DNA from: a virus | Taxonomy: Duplodnaviria; Caudoviricetes | DNA length: 47,435 nucleotides | Direction: 5' to 3' (one strand) | Virus record (IMG/VR): IMGVR_UViG_3300010362_000003 | Location: 1 to 47,435 of that record | Part shown: positions 9,667-18,748 of the stretch, piece by piece | Position numbering within the stretch: position 1 is the stretch's first letter | Layout: every line of letters begins with the position of its first letter | The notes under the pieces: model-generated | What the model saw: the letters and a program-made list of their open reading frames with translations, nothing else | Database searches by the model: none | What the model was told of the DNA's origin: nothing | Position numbers and translations under genes: made by a program

Positions 9667-9976
9667 TCGCTGCTTCCTCCTCTTCGTCTGTCTGGCGCAG
9701 GTACTCCCTCAGTCGGCCTTCGGCTAGGACCGGTGTTTTCATCGCAGTACGCATGCCGCGGATGACGCCGCGGTAGTAGGCCTGCAGCTCGAGCGAGATC
9801 CCCTGATCGGTCATCGCCGCACCGAAAACGACTCTTCTCACCTCGTCGATCGACTCGCGCATCGCCGCCTCGTAGACGGGCCAGGACGGGTGCTGGGCGA
9901 GCGCAGTCAGCTCGCCGCGGCGCAAGAGCAGAGCTCTGCGCTCCTCGGCGCTGATGATCCGCTTCGGCCTAGCCAC
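9659..9976 (-). CDS. Hypothetical head-module protein
   Basis: HPSW motif; small gene after the portal, common in P22-like layouts. Confidence 0.65.
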   Translation of the reverse strand: MARPKRIISAEERRALLLRRGELTALAQHPSWPVYEAAMRESIDEVRRVVFGAAMTDQGISLELQAYYRGVIRGMRTAMKTPVLAEGRLREYLRQTDEEEEAASG

Positions 9977-11906
9977 CCGGCGTGCCTCCGCCGCCGGCGT
10001 TCGCCGGACCGCCGGCCATGCTCATCAACCTGCTCATCGAGGCCTGCGGCGAGAGGCTCACGTTGTTCGAGGGCGAGGTCGGGCCGGCGGCCAAGGCGGG
10101 GTTGGTGACGCCGTTCGCACCCTGCTGGGGCTGCTGTGGTCCCTGCTGTCCGGGTTGCTGCTGTCCGGGCTGGATCGCCGGCGCGGTCTGCGGCGGCAGG
10201 AAGTAGCGCTCCTTGTCGAGTACGTCGTAGGCGTCCAGGAGCTTCTCCATGTAGGCCTTCAGGTTCAGTGGCGCTCCGGACTGGGCGAAGATCGGCTGCA
10301 CCTGCGCCGCGATCTGCACCAGGGCCTGTGCTTCTGCTCTTCGCTCCTGGCGGTTCAGCGAGTCGGAGGTGACATCGATGATCACGTCGTAGTCGCCCTG
10401 CACCTGCTCCGGCGTGATCCGCCGGTAGGCGTTCGCGCCCTCACGGCCGACGATCTTGACGACGCGCTCCTCGCGCAGGAACTGCTGGTAGAGGAGCAGA
10501 AACTGTTTGCCGAGCTCCGCGTAGGCCCACAGGTAGTGCTGCTTTCTGGCCTGGATCAGGCGCTGCGCGATCGTCGTGATGATCGAGACGCCGGTCGCCG
10601 TCTGCTGATCGATCGTCTGCGAGTTCGCGCCGGAGGCCATCGGCAGCCCGCCCATGATGTTCTGCAGGTCGCCCTTCAGGAGCGCCTCGGTCTGGAGCGT
10701 GATATTCGCGACGGTCGGGTCGATCGGCAGCGTCGAGACCTGGCCGGGATCCTCGACGAACCACTGCTCGTTCGGTGCCCAGACGAACGCCTCCGGGTCG
10801 TCCACGTCGCTTCTGATCAGCGTGATCACGTTCGCGAGCATCCGGACCACGTCAAGTCTTTGGTTCTGAACCGTCCAGAGCATCTCCTGCAGCTGCGCCA
10901 GCGCCTCGACGACGGAGATGCCGGGGATCGAGAAGGCGTCCGGCATCGAGGAGCAGACGGTGAACGGGATCCGTCCGTTCCAGAGCGGGTTCTCCCTGTC
11001 CTTCAGGACGACCTTGCGCGCCCCGACCGTGATCACCCGCTCCGGCGTCCAGTACTCCAAGACCTCGATCAGGTTGCGGGTGCGGTCGATGCCCCTGAGG
11101 CGCATCTCGCGCTTCGTGATGTCGCTCGAGGTCGCCGTCGACTTGGTGCCGCCCTGCGCGTCCTTCAGCTCCGAGACGTTCTGGTAGTCGTAGAAGCCGT
11201 CCTTCGACTTCCGCTTCAAGGAGTCGAAGCTCTCCCAGGTGCGGTGGATCAGATACTCGGCGTTGTCGGGCTTCGTTGCCTCGGGCGGCCAGAAGAAGTC
11301 CCTGACATCGACGACTTCGCAGCAGGCGTCATCCCAGATCAGTTCCGGTTCCTCCGAGGTCTGCTCGTTGTAGACGGTGACCGAGTCGTAGGCCTGCCCG
11401 AACTGGTCCGCGATCACGAGCGAGTGCGAGGCGAGCTTCGTGACCGTGCGCTTCTCGGAGCGCCAGTAGCTCTTCAGCACCGAGAGGCCGGCGATCAGGT
11501 CCTGCTGCATGAAGTCGCGCTGCTTGGTCGCGAAGCGGTCGCGCTCGAGCGCGTAGCGGAGCGTGTCCGCGAGCGCGTCCATCGAGTGGACACGGTCGAG
11601 CACCTCCTGGATCGTCTCCTCCGGGCGCGGCCGTGGCTGCACGTTGAAGCGCGGTGATGGCTCGAGCATCGTCGCCAGCATCCCCTCGCAGGTCTGCAGC
11701 ACGTACGGCGTCGTCACCTCGGAGCGCCACTCGTCGTCGGCGGCCTTGACCGAGTCCTCGACGAGCCCGCGGTACGCGTTGTAGCGCTTCTCGATCTTCG
11801 TGACGAGGTCGTCGTGGTAGTCGGTCTCGCAGCGCTGAACCGCGTTGACAACCAGCTCGAGCGCCGAGGAGACCTTCTCGGTCGTGTACGGAACTGTCTC
11901 GGCCAC
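9969..11906 (-). CDS. Portal protein (P22-like podovirus type)
   Basis: 645 aa; VLEYW, GISVVE and TATGVS motifs; Q/P-rich tail; after TerL. Confidence 0.85.
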   Translation of the reverse strand: MAETVPYTTEKVSSALELVVNAVQRCETDYHDDLVTKIEKRYNAYRGLVEDSVKAADDEWRSEVTTPYVLQTCEGMLATMLEPSPRFNVQPRPRPEETIQEVLDRVHSMDALADTLRYALERDRFATKQRDFMQQDLIAGLSVLKSYWRSEKRTVTKLASHSLVIADQFGQAYDSVTVYNEQTSEEPELIWDDACCEVVDVRDFFWPPEATKPDNAEYLIHRTWESFDSLKRKSKDGFYDYQNVSELKDAQGGTKSTATSSDITKREMRLRGIDRTRNLIEVLEYWTPERVITVGARKVVLKDRENPLWNGRIPFTVCSSMPDAFSIPGISVVEALAQLQEMLWTVQNQRLDVVRMLANVITLIRSDVDDPEAFVWAPNEQWFVEDPGQVSTLPIDPTVANITLQTEALLKGDLQNIMGGLPMASGANSQTIDQQTATGVSIITTIAQRLIQARKQHYLWAYAELGKQFLLLYQQFLREERVVKIVGREGANAYRRITPEQVQGDYDVIIDVTSDSLNRQERRAEAQALVQIAAQVQPIFAQSGAPLNLKAYMEKLLDAYDVLDKERYFLPPQTAPAIQPGQQQPGQQGPQQPQQGANGVTNPALAAGPTSPSNNVSLSPQASMSRLMSMAGGPANAGGGGTPGG

Positions 11907-12275
11907 CTAGCCTCCGAGCCCCGGCAGCCCCGGGGCTCCCTGCAGCGCCCGCGACAGGCTCTTCGCGTCGCCGGCCTGGGCCGACTTCTGGTTTGCCGCC
12001 TTCAGCTTCAGCACCTGCTGCAGCGCCTGTCCGGCCCCGGCCCGGTCGATCTGATCGGGGTCCATTTGGATGAAGGCGTGCAGCGCCGCCTCGGCCACAT
12101 CCAGGGCCTCGATCGAGTTCTGGAACAGGCTGGTCACGTCACCGCCGCCCTCCGCGCCCTGGTCGGGAGGCGGGCCGGCGTCGAGGTTCTGCGGTGGCGG
12201 GCCGCCTGGGCCGCCGAGATCGGGCGGGCCTCCGCCGCCGCCGCCCTGTAGTGCCTGCGCGAGCATCGAGCTCAT
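11907..12275 (-). CDS. Hypothetical Gly/Pro-rich protein
   Basis: GGAGG RBS; coupled to the portal gene. Confidence 0.65.
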   Translation of the reverse strand: MSSMLAQALQGGGGGGPPDLGGPGGPPPQNLDAGPPPDQGAEGGGDVTSLFQNSIEALDVAEAALHAFIQMDPDQIDRAGAGQALQQVLKLKAANQKSAQAGDAKSLSRALQGAPGLPGLGG

Positions 12276-12646
12276 CCGAACCCTCCTTCGATGTGAAAAC
12301 CGGTCTCGTGTAGACGCCGCCAGTTGTCGTTCAGCAGCTTGTCCTGCCTCGAGGCGAGCACGCAGACGTGCGACTCGGCGTAGCGGAGCACCCTTCTCGC
12401 GTCATGCTCGATCCGCTCGATGTCCTCGCGGCGCTGACGCTCACGCAGCCAGCGAAGCTCGAGCTCCCAGTTCGTCTGCTCAACCTGGCGGCGAGTGCGC
12501 TGCTGCATCGTCCACAACTGCGCGTCCTCGGCAGTGTGGAGCGCCGCGGCGAGCTTCGCGTCCGTCCAGCGCTCCATCGCCGCGTCGATGACACGCTGGA
12601 CTCGCGCGCGCTCGAGCCGCTCTAGGCTACCCGCCGCTTCTCCCAC
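12272..12646 (-). CDS. Hypothetical protein
   Basis: GAGG RBS; ATGA overlap with the next gene. Confidence 0.55.
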   Translation of the reverse strand: MGEAAGSLERLERARVQRVIDAAMERWTDAKLAAALHTAEDAQLWTMQQRTRRQVEQTNWELELRWLRERQRREDIERIEHDARRVLRYAESHVCVLASRQDKLLNDNWRRLHETGFHIEGGFG

Positions 12647-13004
12647 GCGTACCTCGCCAGCGGCGCGTCGACTCGTTCATGCATGTCTGGCAGATGCGCT
12701 GGCGAGCGTTTCGTCCCGAATAAGGATGACCACGCGGGCACGTTTTCCTTTCGGCGGCATGGATCCGAACATGCTGAGCCGAAGAAACGACTAGAAGATG
12801 GTCGGACCGAACGCAGCGCTTGTTCTTGCAGAGATGGTGACGATGTTCGCCGGGAGACAAGTGACCGAGCAACCAAGGGATCGCTTGGACGGTCGCTCGC
12901 CCATCCCAGAACATCGGGTAGCCGTAGGTATTGCAACCAGCTACCCACTCCCAGCACCCCTCGCTCTTGCTGACCTTGCTCCAGAACCGCTCCTCGACGG
13001 TCAC
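12627..13004 (-). CDS. Free-standing HNH homing endonuclease
   Basis: ERFWSKV..CWEW..GY..HHLCKNKRCVRSDHL, plus CPRGHPY..CQTC. Confidence 0.85.
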   Translation of the reverse strand: MTVEERFWSKVSKSEGCWEWVAGCNTYGYPMFWDGRATVQAIPWLLGHLSPGEHRHHLCKNKRCVRSDHLLVVSSAQHVRIHAAERKTCPRGHPYSGRNARQRICQTCMNESTRRWRGTRGRSGG

Positions 13005-14650
13005 GCAACCCTCCGCTTTTCCCAGGCGTACTGGTGACGAGACTTGGCTGGCCGCGACTCATGCCGATGGCGGTTGGGATGGTGGCCCAGTTGGCGGTAC
13101 ATCTCCAATGCGAGCCCGAACGCCATCACGCGGTCGTCGTTCGAACCCTCCTGGGCTCTCGGACTGGGAAGAGTCTTCTGGCGCACAAAGGTTCTGCACT
13201 CCATGATCAAGGTCCGGGTCAGCTCCGGGATCGTGCGCTCGCGGATCGCTTGCTCGATCTGGTTGATCACCTGCGGCCTCGTCTTCTGGTTCATCGGGAA
13301 GCCGTAGTTCTTCAACTGGTGCATGTCGCTTCTGTCCGCGATCGCGTGCCGGTACAGCTTCGGGTAGTGCGGCCGGCCCTTGCGGCCGTCGCGCAAACTG
13401 ATGATCACCGGCTCGCCGTAGCCGCCGCCCATTTCGACCGCGATCCGAGCTCCGCCGTACCACTTGCCGAGGTAGTGCAGCTGCTCCGCGTACTCGTCGG
13501 CGTCGAGCTTGCCGTACAGCTCCGCGACGAGCGCCATCGAGGTCAGGTCGATCACGTAGGCGCAGGAGTAGTCGAAGCCGCGGCCGGTCGCTACGTCAGC
13601 GCCGATCGCGTAGTCGTGCGACGGGTCGGGGCGCGCGTAGAGGCGGATGCAGCCCTTCGACTCGTAGTGGATCTTCGCCTTCGAGCCCGACTCGTTGACG
13701 ACGAAGCGGAGCCGCTTGTCTTCTGCGAGCACCGCGTGCTCCGCGTACCAGCCGAGCGCTTCGAGGTCGAACCAGCACTCGCCGGTGTTGATGAACGCGT
13801 CGTCGGGTGTGCGCGGAAACTGCTCTGCGCGGTCGGCGGCCGGCAGCGCGCGCGCGTTCTTCGCGTACCAGTCTTCGTCTCGGTCCGGGTGCAGAGACCA
13901 GGGCAGGAACTGAGTCTCGATCCCGTAGCTCTCCGCGTTGACGTACAGGTGGTGAAAGAAGTTACCCTCACCGGTTTGTTCATTCGAGACTCCGTTGGCT
14001 GTCGAGATGACGATGATCTGCCCGCCGTTGTCAGCGGTTGGGAATGTCGCCTTCCACGACTCGCGTGCATACTCGTGTCGGGCGTATTCGTCGAGGAGGA
14101 CGATGGTGGCGGTCTCGCCGTGGCCGGCCCGCCGAGTGGAGGGCAGGCCGACCACGCTTGAGATCCTTCCGTCAGGGAAGGTCAGCTCGATCAGCGTCGT
14201 CGGACGCGCGTCGCGCGACGGCTTGGTGATCTTCGCCTCGTACTGCAGATGCTCCGGCAGCGAGACGAACATGTCGAAGATCCGGTTGACGACCTTGATC
14301 GCCTCGTCCTCGTTGATCGAGACGACGAGGGCCCGTGTCCCCGGCATCGTCAAGAGCTTCCAGAGCGCGTAGCCAGCAGCGAGCCAGGTGATGCCGATCT
14401 GCCTCGCCTTCAGCACCAAGGAGAGCGGGTACTTGATCCACTCGTCGAGCACGTCGCGCTGCCAGAACCAGCCAGCTGCCTCGTCGTTCAAGGTGAACGT
14501 GAAGCGCTCGCCTGTCTTCGGGTCGACGCACTGGACGTGGTCGAGCAGCCCACCGGGATGACGCAGCGCCTCGGCGCGCTCGTTCAAGCGGCGCGCGTAC
14601 TCCTTCCTGAGCGCGGCGACGACCTCCGGGTCGGCCTCGAGCGTTGTCAC
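13001..14650 (-). CDS. terL: Terminase large subunit
   Basis: KARQIGIT (Walker A), LLDE (Walker B), ISTANG, GADVATG, DDRVMA. Confidence 0.93.
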   Translation of the reverse strand: MTTLEADPEVVAALRKEYARRLNERAEALRHPGGLLDHVQCVDPKTGERFTFTLNDEAAGWFWQRDVLDEWIKYPLSLVLKARQIGITWLAAGYALWKLLTMPGTRALVVSINEDEAIKVVNRIFDMFVSLPEHLQYEAKITKPSRDARPTTLIELTFPDGRISSVVGLPSTRRAGHGETATIVLLDEYARHEYARESWKATFPTADNGGQIIVISTANGVSNEQTGEGNFFHHLYVNAESYGIETQFLPWSLHPDRDEDWYAKNARALPAADRAEQFPRTPDDAFINTGECWFDLEALGWYAEHAVLAEDKRLRFVVNESGSKAKIHYESKGCIRLYARPDPSHDYAIGADVATGRGFDYSCAYVIDLTSMALVAELYGKLDADEYAEQLHYLGKWYGGARIAVEMGGGYGEPVIISLRDGRKGRPHYPKLYRHAIADRSDMHQLKNYGFPMNQKTRPQVINQIEQAIRERTIPELTRTLIMECRTFVRQKTLPSPRAQEGSNDDRVMAFGLALEMYRQLGHHPNRHRHESRPAKSRHQYAWEKRRVA

Positions 14651-14670
14651 GGACCTCCTCTGAAGAAGAT

Positions 14671-14699
14671 GGGGCGGGCGCTGTGCGCACGCCCGCCCC
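14671..14699 (-). terminator. Terminator-like hairpin directly upstream of terL
   Basis: GGGGCGGGCG/CGCCCGCCCC stem followed by ATCTTCTT on the minus strand. Confidence 0.55.
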
Positions 14700-14798
14700 G
14701 TGCATCGAGTTGGGGTTGGCCCTCAACTCGCACCCCAGTTGTCGCGGCAGGCTAGCTCTCGACGCATCACCCCCGCTTGTCGTTGGACGCCGCAGTCC

Positions 14799-15092
14799 TC
14801 AGCAGTTCGGCCACGCGTCGTAGGTGACGGCGAGCGCGGCTCGGTCCTGAACCCATTCGGGAGCCCAGGCCGGGTCGCGGCCCTTCCACGCCCGCGGCGC
14901 GAAAGCGTTCCATGTCCACTGGTCGAACTGCCACTTGCCGCGGTAGATGCCGCGGTAGCCGATGGCGTGGATGTTGCCGCTCGACTCGCAGTAGGCGTCT
15001 GCGAAGCGGATGTGCGTGACACCCGCGTAATCGGCCTGCGCGACTGCGGCGCAAGCGAAGAAGACGACGATGGATGCGAGGACGAACCTCAC
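14799..15092 (-). CDS. Secreted Rpf-like lytic transglycosylase
   Basis: Signal peptide plus CESSGN..YRGKWQF..TW..Q..AWPNC. Confidence 0.8.
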   Translation of the reverse strand: MRFVLASIVVFFACAAVAQADYAGVTHIRFADAYCESSGNIHAIGYRGIYRGKWQFDQWTWNAFAPRAWKGRDPAWAPEWVQDRAALAVTYDAWPNC

Positions 15093-15171
15093 GGGCTACC
15101 TCCTGGGTCGCTTACGTGTCCCGCCGTAAGACGGGATGCACGTTGCTGCGACTACGGAGTGACCCGTCTCG

Positions 15172-15342
15172 CTATGGCGTGGTTACTTCTGGCTTGATCG
15201 CGAAGGCGTAGCCCCGCCCGATGTTGGAGCGCGCTTCGCAAGGATGCTTCGAGAACGGCTGCCCGCAGACGGAGCAGCGCCAGTGCTTCAATTGCTTCGG
15301 CTTGACCCCGGGCGCGTGGACGACGCGCAGGTCGCAGTTCAC
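15172..15342 (-). CDS. Small Cys-containing protein
   Basis: Manually read: MNCDLRVVHAPG..WRCSVCGQP..; GTGA overlap. Confidence 0.45.
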   Translation of the reverse strand: MNCDLRVVHAPGVKPKQLKHWRCSVCGQPFSKHPCEARSNIGRGYAFAIKPEVTTP

Positions 15343-15530
15343 TTCTTCTTGCGCCTCTTCGAGCGGGACTGCCCGCTCTGCGAGAGAGCTATCGCGACCG
15401 CCTGCTTACGACTCGTCACCTTCGGGCCGTGCTTCGACCCCGAGTGCAGCGTGCCGTGCTTGAACTCGCTCATGACGGTGTGAACCTTCGCCTGCTTCGC
15501 TTTCTTCGTTGTCGGGGTGCGCCTGGGCAT
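15339..15530 (-). CDS. DUF6496-like small basic protein
   Basis: KVHTVMSEFKHGTLHSGS..KVTSRKQAVAIALS. Confidence 0.75.
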   Translation of the reverse strand: MPRRTPTTKKAKQAKVHTVMSEFKHGTLHSGSKHGPKVTSRKQAVAIALSQSGQSRSKRRKKK

Positions 15531-15690
15531 TCGCTCCTCCTAGCTCTGCTCGCACGCTCGCGAGCCACTCGTCGTACTGCTCCGGTGTGTAGAGCGCCTG
15601 CGGCTCCGACAGCTGCTCGCCGACGATGTTGCCGTCGGGGTCGCGCTCGATCACGACGGCGCGGACGATCACCTTCAGTAGCTCCAGCAT
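15406..15690 (-). CDS. Hypothetical protein (tail overlaps the next gene)
   Basis: TGATG coupling to the fibre gene. Confidence 0.55.
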   Translation of the reverse strand: MLELLKVIVRAVVIERDPDGNIVGEQLSEPQALYTPEQYDEWLASVRAELGGANAQAHPDNEESEAGEGSHRHERVQARHAALGVEARPEGDES

Positions 15691-16847
15691 CAGGCCGTCT
15701 TCGCCTCGACGGTCTCAAGGCGGGTGGCGAGATGCTGCACCGTCGCCAAGAGCGCCGTCGTCAGCTTGTAGAGATCAACCATGTCGTGCGTCGTCTCGGC
15801 ATCGACGACGCCCCGGTTGACCACTTCGACCGGAAGCTCGTCGCTCATCAGGCCGAGATGCTTCTCGCCCGTGTCGTCGCGCTCATAGCGGTAGATCCCC
15901 GCCTTTAGCAAAGTCTCATGCCAGTAGGGATGGACTTCCTCGACCTCGGCCTTCGTGCTCCGGTCGGACTGGACGCTGAACGAGGCCGCGTTGATGTTGC
16001 CCCAGGCGCTGTTCCAGTAGACGTTGACGTTGTTGTTCTGACCGATTGGCTGGTAGATCGCCGACCCGACGCTGCCCCAGCCGAAGAAGATGCCCGCCTG
16101 GTTGTTGCCGAAGATGTCGCCGATGCCGACGTTCGACGCCTGCCCGTACCTGGCGTTCACGCCCTGGTTCGCCGTGATCGACCCGCTGGCAGTGAAGTTC
16201 GCGTTCGTGAACAGCGCGTAGCTGCCGGTTCTCTGCAGCTGGGCGTCGCTGCCGTTGATGTTGAGGACGCCGTTCACTTGTAGCGCGCCTGCAGCAGCAC
16301 GAGTGATCGATATGTCAATGCCCGTGCCGCCTCCCGGCCCCCAGTAGATCCCCCCGTCCCGATCGACGGCCAAGACCGGCTGCGCATCCCCCGTCGTCCG
16401 CATCCCCTGGATCAGATGGCCGGGGTTCGTCGTGCCGTCCACCTTCAAACCAGGGTTGTAGCTGGGGCCGCCGACCACGACCAGATTCCCGTCCGTCCTC
16501 AAGGTGCTCGCCGCCGACCGGTACAGAGTCGTGTCGAAAGCAGCCCCGGTGCCCCAGTTCAGCTTGCCGCTCGCGTCCATGTAGAAGCGCGGCTGTGTCT
16601 CGCTCCCGAACACACCGACGCCGAACGCGGTCGCCGTACCGGAAGCGCGTTTGACATAGAGGCTCGAATCGGTTTGCAGGATTCCCGCCCCGCCCCGATA
16701 CAGGTTCGTGTCGCCCCCCAGGACGATCTGCCCCGAGGCGTTCAGCCCGACGTAGCCACTCGCCACGTCCTTCTCGATCTTCTGCTGCAGCGCGTTCATG
16801 TGGATGGCGTCGAGCGGGGTGACGCCGTCCGTGTAGATGCTCGACAT
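15690..16847 (-). CDS. Tail fibre/spike with C-terminal intramolecular chaperone (peptidase S74-like)
   Basis: DT.LYR repeats; SDRSTK..YRY..HLGLMSDEL..VDLYKL..LLATVQHL. Confidence 0.75.
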   Translation of the reverse strand: MSSIYTDGVTPLDAIHMNALQQKIEKDVASGYVGLNASGQIVLGGDTNLYRGGAGILQTDSSLYVKRASGTATAFGVGVFGSETQPRFYMDASGKLNWGTGAAFDTTLYRSAASTLRTDGNLVVVGGPSYNPGLKVDGTTNPGHLIQGMRTTGDAQPVLAVDRDGGIYWGPGGGTGIDISITRAAAGALQVNGVLNINGSDAQLQRTGSYALFTNANFTASGSITANQGVNARYGQASNVGIGDIFGNNQAGIFFGWGSVGSAIYQPIGQNNNVNVYWNSAWGNINAASFSVQSDRSTKAEVEEVHPYWHETLLKAGIYRYERDDTGEKHLGLMSDELPVEVVNRGVVDAETTHDMVDLYKLTTALLATVQHLATRLETVEAKTA

Positions 16848-16943
16848 CTAGCTGATCCAGCTCTCGCCGAAGAGCACCAGGCCCCAGAGCGCAATCGCGA
16901 TCAAGGCCAGCATGATGTCCCCGAAGGTGAGCGTGATTCGCAT
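16848..16943 (-). CDS. 31-aa membrane peptide
   Basis: MRITLTFGDIMLALIAIALWGLVLFGESWIS; AAGGAGG RBS; TAGATG coupling. Confidence 0.6.
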   Translation of the reverse strand: MRITLTFGDIMLALIAIALWGLVLFGESWIS

Positions 16944-17160
16944 CGAACCCCTCCTTCAACGCCGAAGGCCCGCCTGAGCGGGCCTCCAACGGTCAGAACC
17001 CAGACCGCGGCGGGATGCTAGATGCCCGAAACACCAGCTGTACCGTCGCGAACAGGACTCGTGTCGACAAGGCTAGCAGGGACGTGGTTAACTTCGGGGT
17101 TGCGTCATCATTCGGTGCCCCGAACGATCCGCCTCAACCAGAGAAGAAAGGAACCCCCTG

Positions 17161-18564
17161 ATGCCCGAAGCAGTAGGACTGAAGCCGCACCGCGAGCTGC
17201 AGCGGCGCTTGAAGCGTGGCTACAGACTCGTCCAGGCCCCCGGTGGGCACTACCAGATCAAGGACTTTGGCGGCAAGGCGGTCAGGTCGAACGGCCGCGT
17301 CATCTCGCTGCCGGCGACACCGGCGAAAGGCCAGTTCAACAAGCGGACGATGCTCGAGCTCGAGCAGGCGGGCGTGCTGCGCTCGTTGGACGAGCATCGA
17401 GCGCGCAAGCAGAAGCCGCCAGCGGACACGACCTCGGCGCGAGAGCTGAACGCCGAGCGTGACCGCGCCCGTCAGGCGGAGGTCGACGAGCTGAACAAAC
17501 GCTTAACCGAGGCGTTGAAGCCGGTCGGCGGCATCGAGCAGCCGGGGATGAGCGCGGATGTGGCCGCGATCGGCGGCCTGCTGGCCGACGAGGAGAGCTC
17601 GCGGCTGACCGCGAACCTGTTGCAGGCGAACCTGTTCCGGGTCGAGCACCATCAGCCGATCACGTCCGAGTACGCGGACATCTGGACTGAGCTCTGCGAG
17701 CGCCTCGAGCAGGCCGAGTCGACCTCGGACGAGTTCTTCTCGCTGCTGCGGAAGGCGAAGGGTCTGCCCGATCTCACCCAGGTGATGCGGCTCCAGAACA
17801 TCGACGGGGACTGGCCGTTTCACAACGAGCTGATCCCCTTGGAGCAGTTGTTCGTCGACCACTCCTACCAGCGCCCGCAGCTCTGGCCGGAGATCCGCAA
17901 GATGGCGATGATGTTCGACCCGACCCTGGTCGGCAACCTGGACGTGTCGCACCGGTCGAACGGCACGAACGCGATCATGGACGGCCAGCAGCGCTTCGAG
18001 GCGATGAGGAGAGTCGGCAAGACCGCCTGCTGGTGCTCCGTCTACACGGGCCTCGACCTGCCGGCGGAAGCGAACTTCTTCATCGACAAGAACACGAAAC
18101 GCAAGAGCGTGCAGCCGTACTGGACGTTCCGAGCCAGAATCACGGCCGGCAACGAGCGTGCGATCGAGCTCGAGAAGACGGTTGCCAGACACGGCTACCG
18201 GGTCGTCTCGAACAGCGGCGAAGGACACGACGACCGCAACATCTCGGCCGTCGCGGCGCTCGAGGCGGCGCAGAAGCGCGGCATGCTGACCCCGACGCTG
18301 AAGGCGCTGCGCGGCGGCTTCGGGCTCGAGGGCGGCACCAACGGCGGCCTGATCCGCGGCCTGAGTGTTTTCTTCCACGATCTCCCCGACGCCGAGGTGG
18401 AGCGCGTCAGGGGGCTGATCGAGAAGCGGGGCCCGAACTGGTTCGTGCTGCGCGCACGCGAAACCTCGCGCGGCTACGGCGGCATCGACAAAGCGACCCT
18501 ACGAGTCCTATTCGACGAGTACAACCGCGGCCTGCCGCGGGCCGACAAGCTCCGGCTCCCGTAG
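17161..18564 (+). CDS. DUF6551/ParB-N-like protein with HicA-like N-terminal domain
   Basis: LFVDHSYQR..IMDGQQR..EANFF..N; N-terminal GYRLVQAPGGHY..SLPATP. Confidence 0.65.
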   Translation: MPEAVGLKPHRELQRRLKRGYRLVQAPGGHYQIKDFGGKAVRSNGRVISLPATPAKGQFNKRTMLELEQAGVLRSLDEHRARKQKPPADTTSARELNAERDRARQAEVDELNKRLTEALKPVGGIEQPGMSADVAAIGGLLADEESSRLTANLLQANLFRVEHHQPITSEYADIWTELCERLEQAESTSDEFFSLLRKAKGLPDLTQVMRLQNIDGDWPFHNELIPLEQLFVDHSYQRPQLWPEIRKMAMMFDPTLVGNLDVSHRSNGTNAIMDGQQRFEAMRRVGKTACWCSVYTGLDLPAEANFFIDKNTKRKSVQPYWTFRARITAGNERAIELEKTVARHGYRVVSNSGEGHDDRNISAVAALEAAQKRGMLTPTLKALRGGFGLEGGTNGGLIRGLSVFFHDLPDAEVERVRGLIEKRGPNWFVLRARETSRGYGGIDKATLRVLFDEYNRGLPRADKLRLP

Positions 18565-18569
18565 CTCCA

Positions 18570-18746
18570 ATGACAAGGCGGGAAGCAGAGGCCGTCAACG
18601 TCGTCCTGGACTTCGTCTTCACGACACCGAAGAACTGGGACCCGGCGGCGCTCGCGAGCGCGTTCACGCTGCTCGCTCGAGCTGCGCACACGAAACTGGG
18701 CAACGGCTGGTCGCCGCAGCGGATCGAGGAGGAGACGGCGACGTGA
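18570..18746 (+). CDS. Hypothetical protein
   Basis: MTRREAEAVNVVLDFVF.. Confidence 0.5.
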   Translation: MTRREAEAVNVVLDFVFTTPKNWDPAALASAFTLLARAAHTKLGNGWSPQRIEEETAT

Positions 18747-18748
18747 AC

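Noticed and set aside
15093-15171. c-di-AMP riboswitch upstream of the Rpf gene
   Set aside because: Too short and lacks the recognisable conserved segments
3769-16847. Diversity-generating retroelement between the fibre paralogues
   Set aside because: No reverse transcriptase and no adenine-specific mismatch pattern seen
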